A stretch of 63,276 nucleotides of DNA, filler included, from Octopus bimaculoides (GCF_001194135.2; 3 parts of 3 records of this genome joined end to end with filler, not necessarily neighbours in it), one strand, 5' to 3'. Positions 12,201 to 24,409 are shown, numbered from the whole stretch's first letter. The notes: generated from the letters alone by a model not told the origin. Made by a program: numbers and translations.

Positions 12201-12664
12201 TTTGTTTCTGGTCATCATCACTAAATATTGTAATTTAGTAAAATGATAGTATTTAAAATCGTTGTTGTTAATTAGTTTTCTTAACTTCCAAAGGTCCCCA
12301 TCATTGGTCCCTGTATCACATGTGATGTGATGATCTACTTTCAAACTAATTTGTGAAATTAAGCAGGATGTATTTTAATCTGTATAATATTTATTTAAGC
12401 AACTTACCAGATATATTGCAAATTCCTTTGAAATCTCTCTCTGACAAGTTTATTCCACATTGTGATTGTATTTCTATAAGGACTCAGCTGGGAACAGAAC
12501 TCCAATATCATCTTCAACATAGAAGTTTGGATTACAAATGATTTTCAGTCTACTGTTAATGGACNNNNNNNNNNTACTAATACAAGCATACACATATATA
12601 CATTTCAACAATCAACATATACACATTAGACGTACTAAACTATAAACTACCAACTCGTTTCAAC

Positions 12665-13588
12665 ATGAATGCAACCCATTTGTCTGATCCTGTTATGTTT
12701 TCAAGATTAGTTGTTTTTAGTATCATACCTTTCTTCCTAATTTTGGGACTCATTGGTAACATGTTTGTGGTATATATTTATGTACGCCAATCCCAGAAAA
12801 GCAACGTAGAAACATTCATCCTTGTACTAGCTGTCATTGATCTGATTGGATGTATCTTTGGAATGCCTCTGGAAATGGCTGAACTTTATCCTGCAATTCA
12901 ATCAAACTATTTGTGTAAAACATACAAGTTTATTGTCTACACTTGTTCTGTCATGTCGTCCTTCATTCTTCTCACAGTTTCCATTGAAAGGTTCAGAAAA
13001 ATATGTTGTCCACTTGGAAAACAAATTACCCAAAATCTACGTCAGACGCTTATTGTTTCCATAACAATAATATCGGTTGTACTACTCGTACCAGCTGTTA
13101 CCTTTTATGAAGGTGTTCCCTTTACCTATGAAAACAAGACATACATGATATGTGATGGTGACCTTAGTAGGTCATCTGTATGGTCATATACTCTATTAGC
13201 TGTAATTGTTCACTTTATACTTTTCCTAACCATGACTGTACTTTATTCCTTTATTTGGAAGACTATTACTCAGCATCTCAGGAAAAAGCAAGGTAAAGAA
13301 GAAGCTCGCAGACAACAAGGAATCAATCGCACAATCATTGTACTTATCTCAATCTCTGTTTTGTATTTTGTCAGTTTTTCACCAACATGTATCTTCTTCG
13401 TCATATATCCATACTGCAAAGATTCTAATTTGTTGCAGATCTTTAAAGTAGTTTTATTTCGTACCTGGATACTAAACTCCTCCTTAAATCCCATTGTGTA
13501 TGGATTCTGCAACAAAAGATTCCGGAAAAGTTTTGTAAATATTTTTACTAGAGGTAAAATTATTTTTGAAATGGAAGAGAAATTTTAG
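12665..13588 (+). CDS. Intronless class A (rhodopsin-like) GPCR, 307 aa, peptide-receptor-like orphan
   Basis: Seven hydrophobic segments; GN in TM1, LAVID in TM2, Cys at top of TM3 and in ECL2 (MICD), ERF at the DRY position, SFSP in TM6, NPIVY in TM7, helix 8 NKRFRKSF; N-glycosylation sequon NAT at the N-terminus. Confidence 0.93.
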   Translation: MNATHLSDPVMFSRLVVFSIIPFFLILGLIGNMFVVYIYVRQSQKSNVETFILVLAVIDLIGCIFGMPLEMAELYPAIQSNYLCKTYKFIVYTCSVMSSFILLTVSIERFRKICCPLGKQITQNLRQTLIVSITIISVVLLVPAVTFYEGVPFTYENKTYMICDGDLSRSSVWSYTLLAVIVHFILFLTMTVLYSFIWKTITQHLRKKQGKEEARRQQGINRTIIVLISISVLYFVSFSPTCIFFVIYPYCKDSNLLQIFKVVLFRTWILNSSLNPIVYGFCNKRFRKSFVNIFTRGKIIFEMEEKF

Positions 13589-14859
13589 GATTTGGTTTAC
13601 ACCACACATTCAATAGACAGGAATTCTTTCAAGTAGAAGAAACATTTTCTTTGCTGACCATTTCCTGAGAAGAATACTGTTTTCATTCTTTTGTACAATA
13701 TTGAAAATAACTCAAAGTTTCAGATATTTTTATACAATAACCAACTTCTTCATTATTTTTATGATGTTTGGAGAATTATATTTTCTTTCGTAAAATTGGA
13801 AAGGTTTGATTTCAAACCATGCCAGCATGGAAAGTGGATGTTAAATGATGATGATGATGATGATGAACCTTTTAAAATATGCTGTTTATATCCTTGATCC
13901 AGTGTCAGTCTAAGGTAGGTTAGTATCAGAAAGGTCTATTTGAACACCTCAACAGTTTCTCTGTTACATATTTATTCTAGCTTCTGTTGTAGTTTTATAC
14001 TTTCTGTAGACCCGTAACTGTGTATCAAAGTTCTCTTTTAAACTCCAAACTATTTGGAACCTACAGTTTCTGAATTACATATTAAATCTGCATTAAAAGA
14101 ATACTGGAAAAAAAAAAAAAAATTGTTGCTGTTGGTGTTGTCACAGTCATCATTATCATCATCATTATTACCACCGTCAACATCATCATCATCACTTTTG
14201 TGCAATTCATTTATCAGAGAAAGGATTTAAAATTAATCTCTTGTGCTTTTAGCAATTCTAAGACAATTTTAAAAATAGCAATTAAAAATTCTCTTTCAAT
14301 GAAAATGTTTGATATTCTTTAATGAGCAAAAAATTATTTTGAAACCCAGCAACTCTTCAATCTTGTATTTTCATACATCATTAGCAACTTTTATACTTAT
14401 TTAAGAAATAAACACTTCAAGTGTTGTGATTAACATTGTTCTCATTGTCTCACATTTCAACATTTATTTACATGTCTTTGGTACAAGCAATGTATTATAT
14501 ATGTGTGTGTGCATGTTAATATGTTTGATATCTTCAATTTATGGAATGCATCCTGTTTGTAAACGTATTAAACCTAGTAATTTTATGTTTTGGAGATTGT
14601 CGTTAATGGATGTGTTGAATTTTACATATATTTTCCTATTTTGTTGTTGTTGTTTAGTTCCATATGACTCCAAATTGAGAAGACTTATTTTATCCAACAC
14701 TTTAGGTACTTATTTCAAACCCTGCCAAAGCCTTCAGTTTATCTAACCTTATCCAGGGTAGAGAACATAAAGTACCATTCAAGTACTGAGATAGTTGACA
14801 TCAATTTACCTCCCCTTGTCAAAACTGTTGGCCTTAAGCTGGTGAGCTGGCAGAATCAT

Positions 14860-16080
14860 TGGCAATCTGGATCAGGTGATGAAGGTCATGGAGAGGGTCA
14901 TAGCCCAACTAATTAGGGAGAAAGTCTGCTTAGATGAGATGCAGTTCAGTTTTGTGCTAGGTAGAAGCACCACTGATGCTATATTCCTGGTACGGCAACT
15001 GCAGGAGAAATACCTAGCCAAAGATAAACCCCTATACTTGGCTGTTGTGGACTTGGAGAAAGCTTTTGACAAGGTCCCCCAATCCCTTATCTGGTGGACG
15101 ATGTAGAAACTAGGGATTGACGAATGGTTAATAAGAGCCGTACAGGCCCTGTACAGAGATGCCATTAGTAAGGGTTGGCAATGAGTATAGTGAAGAATTC
15201 CTGGTAGATGTAGAGGTCCACCAAGGGTCAGCCCGCAGTTACCACTAGAATAAGAATAGCCTGGGAAAAGTTCAGAGAGCTCCTACCTCTACTGGTGACA
15301 AAGCGCCTCTCACTCAGAGTGAAAGGTAGATTATACGATGCATGTGTACAAACTGCCATGCGTCACAGCATTGAAACATGGGCTGTAACTGCTGAAGACA
15401 TGCGTAGTCTTGAAAGAAATAAAGCTAGCATGATCCACTGGATGTGTAATGTCAGTGTGCACACAAAACAGAGTGTAAGCGACTTGAGAGAAATGTTGGC
15501 CATAAGAAGCATCGGATGTGGTGTGCAAGAGAGTTGACTGCACTGGTATGGTCATCTACTATGTAGGATGAGGAGAGCTGTGTGAAGAAGTATCACTCAC
15601 AAACAGTGCAAGGAACCCATGGTAGAGGGAGACCCAGGAAGACATGGGATGATGTGGTGATGCAATGACAAAAGACTGAGACCTCTGGAGATATGCTGTG
15701 ACTAAGAAGACCTGGTAAGTAAAGTGATATCATAGCTGTAGCCTACACCAGTGTTGCATAAGCAGTCCACTTAAAAATGTACCTTTGGATCGTCAGGTGA
15801 CATGTCGTGTTTGAGGAGACCTATAGGGTCAAATAAATCAAAATCAAATCAAACCACAATCAAATGGAAATTATAGTTGAGGCTGATGCCAGTGCCACCT
15901 GACTGGCTCCCGTGCTGGTGGTACGCAATAAGCACCATTCATGCATGTGTCGTTGCAAGTGCCGCCTGACTGGCTCCCATGCTGGTGGCATGTAAAAAGC
16001 GCCATCCAAATGTGGTCTGTGCCAGTGCCCTCGCCCCGACTGGTTCCTGTATCTGGCATCACTCCAACATTTCCATAATC
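14860..16080 (+). mobile_element. Internally deleted RTE-type LINE (RT domain start fused to ORF end and 3' UTR)
   Basis: EMQFSFVLGRSTTDAIFLVRQLQEKYLAKDKPLYLAVVDLEKAFDKVP, then a jump at about 15235 to sequence homologous to 10810-11330. Confidence 0.85.
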
Positions 16081-16438
16081 TCTCCACTACCTCTTTTTAT
16101 TGTGCCGCCATTGATGGTAACGGACCTAAAACTGTGTACTTGGGAGTGACAGTGGGAAGACAGTTGTGACACTTTTGTCATCACCTGGAAAGAAGAGGTT
16201 CTGCACAAAGACTTTACTACATAATTGTATTCAATGAATTAAAGTGTTTTACAAACTTTCTCATTCCCATACAATATCCAGAGTAAGAGCCAGCAAGGAA
16301 GTGATGAAGAGGATATAAAAAGAGTGCATGTAAGCTGACCAGGAAGAGATGATAGGGAGACTCCACAGGACTGTTTAGGTATTTATATGTCTAAATATTT
16401 AAAAAATCAAAATAAGCAACACGGATTTTAAAGATGAC

Positions 16439-16526
16439 TACAGTACTCATGTTTCATGCTACTCCATTTATTTAAGTAATGCAAGCATTACATTAAATGC
16501 AATATGTAGAGCAATCTTCAGCTGCA
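16439..16526 (-). ncRNA. Degenerate hammerhead motif with long helix II loop
   Basis: UGCAG-CUGAAGA-UUGCU...AGCAU-GAAA-CAUGAG-UA-CUGUA. Confidence 0.4.
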
Positions 16527-17459
16527 CAAAAATGTAGAAAATTACAGTAGAATAGACATATTATAATTGTGGCAACATTTAAAATCCAAATGGGAAGAAG
16601 AATACATAAAAATCCATCTTGACATAGCCAAGGCTAGCAGGCTAGTAATTAGTTCTAGGTAGAATTCTAACTGTCTCTGATTTTATTGTCTCTTATCTAG
16701 TGGTTATAGTATAAGGGGCAATCACTTCTAAGGGAAGGGAAGGTATAAGCATTATACATGGATATGGTTATAAAGGTTTCTCTGGTCAGAGTGGCAACAC
16801 TATTTTAGGTTGGGTTTTTTTTACTGTTATCATAATGTTGGGGAATTAAACCTTAAGCATTTAGGTCAACAGGGCTTTTNNNNNNNNNNTTAAGAATATT
16901 ATATATATTGGGCTCAGAAAACTATTTTGAATTATTTAAAAAAATTATTTTAAAATTTAAGCTAATATATATAATAATACTATTTGAAAGACACATAAAA
17001 GATAAGCTTTATTTTTATAATGTAAAAAATTAGTATTGGATTTATATAGTTTATAATAATGGGTTTATTAAGGTTTAAGGGACAAAAAAAAAGAAAAAAG
17101 AATGGTAGGAATTAACAAGGACATCCAATATAGAAACATGATAATTGATTACTAGTTTAATTATGTTATCTTATATAGTCATGAACTTGTTTTAAGACTA
17201 ACATGGGCTAATTACAGAATATTAATTAGATTTATCTAAGTCAAAATATAGAATAAACATGACACTACAAGCCCTAAAATAATGTAATAATAATAAGGAA
17301 CCTTTTAGAGTCAAGCATTGAATAAAATAAAATAAAATTTAAATTTGGGGAACTAATTAAAAACATTAGGAACTTATAAAACTTCCTATTCTTATAAGCT
17401 ACATAGGGTTAAGATACATATTAAGAACTAACAGCAGTAGCAGAAGTAGTGTGAAAAAA

Positions 17460-17905
17460 TACCTTTCATGGAATAAAGTTGAAATCTTAGTTATCATATG
17501 TCTTGCAAACAACTCGCACATGCAAGTGCTACCAGTCAAAAACTCTGCATACCGGAAGCCAGCAAGTGTATGGGGTCATCAGGAGAGAATGCGTGTCGTT
17601 TCGGGGCCTACCTCTCGACGGCATCAATGCGCACCGGCCCCCCCTCACTGATATGAGGCCTCGCTTGCTAGATCAACTGGTTATCAAAAACAAAGCTCAA
17701 TATTTCTCTAGCCATCGCTCATCGTCTCTTTTTAACCAAATCCAGTGGCTAGCCTTCTCCACTGTATTTTGGATATTGGTCATGGTGGTATTTACCTTAC
17801 GATGAGTTAGGCCTAACGATAACAGCAGTCGTCTCACACTGTGTCCTACAAATCCTCTACATCCAACTTCGATTGGAAAATGCTCCGCTTTCCAGCCTGC
17901 GTCTT
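17460..17905 (-). mobile_element. Hero-like RLE non-LTR retrotransposon 3' end
   Basis: ORF 17697-17921 GWKAEHFPIEVGCRGFVGHSVRRLL..LG...VEKASHWIWLKR resembles the Hero-clade C-terminus. Confidence 0.7.
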
Positions 17906-18195
17906 CACATTTCTCCAGCATGGAAAGCGGACGTTAAACGATGATAATAATAATAATAACACACGTACACGTTTATATATTTATGTATGTATGTGTGTAT
18001 GTATGTGTGCATGTATGTATGTATGTATGTATGTATGTATGTATGTCATTCAGTTTATTTCTAGATTTGTATATATGTGTATATGTATCATCATCATCAT
18101 TTAACATCTCACTTTCTATGCTGGTTTCTGCAGCTGAATGCTCTTTTAATGCCAATCACCTAACCAGAGTGTACTGGGTGCTTTCTTCATGGCGC

Positions 18196-18236
<41 letters not shown>

Positions 18237-18315
18237 TCTATATATATATATATATAAATATATAGGGAAAAAAGTTAAGGTAGAAAATGCTAAAATAATT
18301 TTATAAAAAACATTT

Positions 18316-18351
18316 CAGTACCGGTTTCAATCATTGAGACGTTTTCAACTG
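18316..18351 (-). ncRNA. Degenerate minimal hammerhead motif
   Basis: CAG-UUGAAAA-CGUC(UCAAU)GAUU-GAAA-CCGG-UA-CUG; palindromic ACCGGU, two core mismatches. Confidence 0.3.
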
Positions 18352-19289
18352 TAAATATAGGAAACAATTAAATTTTGGAAAAATTAAAAGAAAAGTTTTT
18401 TAAAAGAATATTTGCTTAGTATTCAAATACAAGGGGCATTTTCCTTGTTTCTGCCTGTCTCTGTCTCTCTTGTTTACTCTTGTATTTATTGTCTATCACC
18501 AAGTTAACTTTAGCTGCAATCAAGCACACCTCTGGTAACATATACTCTAAACGTAAACATCCTATCGTTATGTATATGATGGGCTACATTGTTCAATGTC
18601 TCTTTCGTTTTTAATACAATAGATATGTGATTTTAGAGAAATTTTAGCAATTATTTCTAGCTTGAGCAGGCCTATAAGGAAAGCTTTTTACCTATGACCA
18701 TTCATCACTTTCATCATTGTGTGTACCAAGGACTACAATCTGTATTTCTCATTTCTAAGGTGATAGGGCATATTTTAAAGAAGCCTCAGGTTAGCTCAAA
18801 CTGAGCAAACCTATGATAAATGGCATATTTGCCATGATCTCCTTGTCTTTTTATATATCATCTACTATATTGTCTAAAGTGTACCACTGTTTTTCTGATC
18901 TGAATAAAATTTGGCTGCTACTTTTGCAGTTCAAATGACTGCTTAGGGGCTCCCATATTTGTTGCTAATTTGCACTAGGCTAGCTGTGACCAAACTAACC
19001 TATAGTAAGAAACATTTCATTAAAATCATTCGGTATTCTTGTTTATCATGAACTACACTGTACAATGTGTTATTCTTTTTTTTAAAAATGAAGATTGGAA
19101 TTTGAAGAAGTTGTGGCTGCTATTTCTAGCAGCTTGAGTGACTGCCCAGAGGCTGGTGACAGCCTTTACCAGCATGTATTTGAGTAAATTAGTGTGTGTG
19201 TGTTCATTAATGTATATGTGTATATTGATATTACTTTTGTCTATACACTTATGTTACTGTGAATGATTTAGGAGAGATTTATCTGCTGT

Positions 19290-19990
19290 TTTTATGAGGT
19301 TAGACTACCTTGGCAGACTAGCAGAGAAAGTAAGTTTCATGTGTGACAAATGCATTGGAGCAGTACATACTATGAGTACACCAGAAATTGATTCACTAGA
19401 AGTAGTCAATAGCTTTTGTTACATAGAAGATGTAATTACCAGGTGGTTAATTTGAAAGTATAGTAGCCAGGGTAAGAACAGGTTAGATAAAGTTCAACGA
19501 GCTTCTATACGTGCCAGCAGCAAAAGTCTTTCCTCTCATTGTGAAAAGCACGTTGTGTGATGCTTGTGCTAGAATTATAATTTTTCATGGTTTTGAGGCA
19601 TGGACCTTGAATGAAGAGGAGTTACAAGGACCGGAAAGAAGTGATGTGAGCTAGGTCTATTGGATGACAATGTAAGGGTGCATTTATGACAAAGTACAAA
19701 TGTGATGAGTAAACAAAAAACAAAAAAAAACCCAAAACAAAAAAAAACTGAGCAGAAGAGAAATCAGATGAAAGAAAACTGTACTGTTATGGCCAGGTGA
19801 TGCATATAGATGAGGACAGCTGTATAAAGAAGTGCTGATTACTTAATATACCTGGAGCTTGCAGAAAAGGGAAACCCAGAAAAAACATGAGATGCAGTGG
19901 TGAATGTTGATCTCAAGACTTTGATCTTCATGAAGATCACAAGACACTGGGATAATTGGTGAGGTTCTTGAGAAGAATCACTCAACTAAG
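19290..19990 (+). mobile_element. Old, degraded RTE 3' fragment
   Basis: Collinear similarity to 10630-11300. Confidence 0.55.
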
Positions 19991-20149
19991 TAAAACTAAA
20001 TTCTGGATGCACTCTGTGTATGTGTGTGTATTATAATCACCATCATTTAACATCTGCTTTCCATGCTGGTATGGCACGACTGGAGCCACTGCCTAATTTC
20101 CTCCCCCAAGACACCCACCACCCTTCATATCTCTAACTGCAGCTTCCCG

Positions 20150-20350
20150 TGAAGGCATGTGGTTTAGTGGTTAGGGGTTAGGGGTAATTTGGTTCACGAT
20201 CATAAGGTTGTGAGTTCAGTTGCTGGTTCTGCATTGTGTCCTTGAGCAAGACACTTTATTTTCACATTGATCCAGTCCACTCAGCTGGCAAAAACGAGTT
20301 TTACCTTTATTTCAAAGAGCCAGTCTTGTCACACTAAATCTCCCTACGCA
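20150..20350 (+). mobile_element. tRNA-head SINE, family also at 20630-20890 -, 21112-21499 -, 60330-60420 -, 60990-61300 +
   Basis: GTGGTTTAGTGGTTAGGG head and GTGTCCTTGAGCAAGACACTT; shared CGTGAAATTAACGTGCAAGTGGCTGAGCACTCCACAGACACG block in other copies. Confidence 0.75.
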
Positions 20351-21111
20351 GAACCAGTTCACTAGCTATCCACCATTCATCCTTAATATTGTCATCTCTA
20401 CTCACATTTTTCAATAACCCCCACCTCCGTCCCTTGAGCTACCAAATCATCTCACCTTCTCTCACTCTTCCCATATACTATACCTGCCTCTCTCTGCCCC
20501 CATACACTCTTGCAATCTACCCAACATCTTGTCATCTCTGTTGCTCACCTTTTCCCTGTCTATCTTATCCTCACTTCTTCTTCACCCTTTTAAAGCCTAG
20601 CCAGGTTCATGGGCCAGGTTTCTAGGTTTCTATGGCATATGTATCCCCCCACCCCAGCTGGATGGGACACCAGTTCATTGCAACGTTACTCAAGAAACAG
20701 GAAGAAAGAGTGAGAGAAAGTTGTGGTGAAAGAGTACAACAGGGGTCGCCACCACCCCCTGCCAAAGCCTTTTTGGAGCTTTAGGTGTCTTCGCTCAATA
20801 AACACTCACAACACCCGGTCTGGGAATCAAAACCTTGATCCCTCGACTACGAGTCTGCTGCCCTGACCACTAGGCCATTGCGCCTCCTCTTATCCTCACT
20901 ACAATTCTACAACTGTTCACTGCCATCATCATTGACTAGCTCCATCCTTTACCCACCATTCACTACATCCACCCTTCAGCTATACCCAATCTTTACAGTC
21001 GTCACTTACTCTTCCCTACCTCACCTACATATCATCTCATCACTTGTCCTTCATTCATTATATTTGCACCTGCCTCATCCATTCCCTATCTCACAATCTC
21101 CAGTCACCCAT

Positions 21112-21499
21112 TGTTGTTGTTGGCACTCCGTCGCTTACGACGTTGAGGGTTCCAGTTGATCTGATCAACGGAACAGCCTGCTCGTGAAATTAACGTGCAA
21201 GTGGCTGAGCACTCCACAGACACGTGTACCCTTAACATAGTTCTTGGGGATATTCAGCATGACACACTGTGACAAGGTTGACCCTTTGAATTACAGGCAC
21301 AACAGAAACAGGAAGTAAGAGTGAGAGAAAGTTGTGGTGGAAGAGTACAGCAGGGTTCGCCACCATCCCCTGTCGGAGCCTCATGGAGCTTTAGGTGTTT
21401 TCACTCAATAAACACTCACAACACCCGGTCTGAGAATCAAAACCGCGATCCTATGTCTGCGAGTCTGCTACCCTAACCACTGGGCCATTGCGCCTCCAC
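21112..21499 (-). mobile_element. Full-length SINE with 12-bp target site duplication
   Basis: CCAGTCACCCAT at 21100-21111 and 21500-21511. Confidence 0.85.
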
Positions 21500-21999
21500 C
21501 CAGTCACCCATACTCCCTGTTCTACCCTCATTTGCTTCTTCTCACCTTGTACTTTGAAGGTACAGGAGCGCCCACAGATACCTCATCCTCCACAGCAAAA
21601 AGTCTGTTCTGCTACTTCTCTCATACTTTTACTTCAGCTTCTTACATAAATTCTTCTCTCTTAAAGATTATAGTCTCTCAAGCTGTTTGGTGATCTGACT
21701 AGTGCAAGTGTCATGAGAAGAAACCTCCCAATATATGCTGTAAAGTGAATGGCATTAGGAAGGGCATCCAGCCATAGAAATCATGCCAAAGTGGACAGAG
21801 TAGTGCGTAATTCTTGGACTTGTCAGATCCTGTCAAACCATCCAATCCATGCCAGCATGGAACAAGGCTATTAAATGATGATGATAAGATATATATAAGG
21901 ACTTTTGGAACAACACAATATATTGTTCTGTTTGAAAATTTATTTCTGTCTGATAACCAGTTACATGAAATGCTGAGTACAGTCTGTCTGTCTGTCTAT

Positions 22000-22041
<42 letters not shown>

Positions 22042-22084
22042 GTAGCCATTAAGTATGAAGCAAAAACCTGATCCAGGGAGCTGG

Positions 22085-22380
22085 ACAATCTTACACTAAG
22101 CACTACATCGAACACATGGAAAGTCCATTCAAGAAAACGATACATAACCATATCACCTCATCTAGAAGGTGTGATAAATGGAACATAACCTCTCTGCTTA
22201 AGCATACATAATATTTGAAGGAGATGGCTGCTGCTAACTATGGAAGCAATTTGAGAAATGCAAGCCATATTCTAATGGCAACAGAAAATGCAGACTATGC
22301 TGAGAGGAAAAGAGAAATATTTAAAAACTCCCTTGTGCCCAGGATATACCTGAATGCCAAATCAGAGAACTTTACACTTT
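22085..22380 (+). mobile_element. Penelope-like GIY-YIG endonuclease C-terminal relic
   Basis: Manual translation HYIEHMESPFKKTIHNHITSS..LLKHT and WKQFEKCKPYSNGNRKCRLC*EEK. Confidence 0.6.
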
Positions 22381-23186
22381 ATTTGCATGAACAGAAATAT
22401 CTAATCAGATACTGGGTTCAAGTTGTTATAAGAGCATTGGTTTTAATGCGCCTTCTACCTGATCATTTCTTGTGTACACCTTTATTTCTTTACTCCACCT
22501 TATATTTCTTCTCAACTTCATTCCACCTGCACTTTCTTTCTCTTCCCCCTTCTTTTGCTTGTCCTCCCACTCTTCCTTCTTTTCTTCCTTTCTCCTTTTA
22601 CTCTGTCTTTCTCTCACTCTCTTTCCCTCCCCCCTTCCTCTCATCCTTCTCGATTCCTGTCACTTTTCCTTTCTGTCTTTCTATGCCATGATTCCGCCTT
22701 TGGCTTCTCTCTCTCTCTCTCTCTCTCTNNNNNNNNNNNNNNNNNNNNNNNNNNNNNNNNNNNNNNNNNNNNNNNNNNNNNNNNNNNNNNNNNNNNNNNN
22801 NNNNNNNNNNNNNNNNNNNNNNNNNNNNNNNNNNNNNNNNNNNNNNNNNNNNNNNNNNNNNNNNNNNNNNNNNNNNNNNNNNNNNNNNNNNNNNNNNNNN
22901 NNNNNNNNNNNNNNNNNNNNNNNNNNNNNNNNNNNNNNNNNNNNNNNNNNNNNNNNNNNNNNNNNNNNNNNNNNNNNNNNNNNNNNNNNNNNNNNNNNNN
23001 NNNNNNNNNNNNNNNNNNNNNNNNNNNNNNNNNNNNNNNNNNNNNNNNNNNNNNNNNNNNNNNNNNNNNNNNNNNNNNNNNNNNNNNNNNNNNNNNNNNN
23101 NNNNNNNNNNNNNNNNNNNNNNNNNNNNNNNNNNNNNNNNNNNNNNNNNNNNNNNNNNNNNNNNNNNNNNNNNNNNNNNNNNNNNN

Positions 23187-23249
<63 letters not shown>

Positions 23250-23449
23250 ACACAGGAAGAAACAGACTGAAACTAAGAGAAACCACTATGATTATATGTT
23301 TGCTTCTCATGCTTGCTCGAATGGTTCAAGTTAGTTTTAATTCAGAATTACTGGCTTCTTAGATAGGTTGGAAACCATACCTTTCTTGTAGGCTTTAGTT
23401 TTGAGACCATTTTATCACACACACACACACACACACACTTTTTTTTGTA

Positions 23450-24140
23450 ACATTTAACATCCGTTGTCCATGCTGGTATGGGTTGGACAGTTTGACCAGT
23501 GCTGGCAAGCTGGGGAGCTGCACCAGACTCCAGTCTGATGTAGCATGGTTTCTACAACTGGATGCCTTTCCTAACGCCAACCACTCTAAAAGTATAATGG
23601 GTGCTTTTATGTGCCACCAGCACAGGTGCCATTTGCAAAACACTATAATTGGCCACAACTACGGTTTTACTTGGCTTGACAGGTCTTCTCAAGCATGGTA
23701 TCATCATCATCATCATCATCATCATTATCATTTAGTGTCTGTTTTCCATACTGGCATGAATTAGACAGCTTGGCTAAAATGGTAAGCTGAGGAGGTGAAC
23801 TGGGTTCCAATCTGATTTGGTATGGTTTCTACAGCTGGATGCCCTTCCTAATGCCAATCACTCCAAGAGTGTAATGGTGCTTTTAATGTGCCACTGGCAT
23901 GGGGGTGCTTTTACTTGGCTTGATGAGTCTTCTCTAGCATGGCATATCACCAAAGGTCTCAGTCACTTATCATCTTTGTGAGGCCCAACGTTCGAAGGGT
24001 GCTTTTTACATGCCACCAGCATCACCCACGACTACAGTTTCACTTATCTTGATGGGTCTTCTGAAGCACAGCATATTGCCAATAGTTTTAATCACTTGTC
24101 ATTACCTTTGTGAGGCCCAACATTCAAAGGTCATGCTTAA
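23450..24140 (-). mobile_element. Two tandem (GAT)n-tailed RTE-3'-related SINE/UTR copies (others about 26240-26640 +, 27280-27580 +)
   Basis: AGGGCATCCAGCTGTAGAAAC and AACCCATGCCAGCATGGAA...GTTAAATGATGATGAT motifs. Confidence 0.75.
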
Positions 24141-24171
24141 CTACTCCATCTCAATGTTATGTGTGTGTGTG

Positions 24172-24202
<31 letters not shown>

Positions 24203-24204
24203 AT

Positions 24205-24400
24205 GGGAGAATATACGGAAAAACAACAACAGACGAGGACAGGTGGTGTAAATAACAAAAGTATATATTAGTATGACGCTCGGGAATACGGAAAGTCTTT
24301 GACGTTTCGAGCTACGCTCTTCAACAGAAAGAATACGGAGACAAGGATAAAAACACGGAGAAAAAAAATTGAATAGTGTTCAGTCAACGGTCAAATATAT
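24205..24400. repeat. Short interspersed repeat carrying a variant hammerhead (copies 25540-25630 truncated, 39725-39900)
   Basis: GGGAGAATATACGGAAAAACAACAACAGACGAGGACAGGTGGTGTAAATAAC shared by three copies. Confidence 0.85.
24296..24332 (-). ncRNA. Minimal hammerhead-like motif with CUGUUGA core
   Basis: UCUUU-CUGUUGA-A-GAGC(GUA)GCUC-GAAA-CG-UC-AAAGA. Confidence 0.55.
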
Positions 24401-24409
24401 ATATATATA

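Noticed and set aside
16100-16200. VTINGG resembling BDH2 VIIDGG
   Set aside because: The surrounding residues do not match and the frame context is wrong.
16880-17450. Very AT-rich block resembling a mitochondrial insertion (NUMT)
   Set aside because: No mitochondrial protein or tRNA could be read in the frames tried; an old repeat relic is more likely.
20165-20185. GGTTAGGGGTTAGGGG telomere-like motif
   Set aside because: Two imperfect units within a SINE head.
21930-21980. SAFHVTG resembling the BDH2 last exon (SAYVTG)
   Set aside because: No following IDGGW motif and no convincing splice site.
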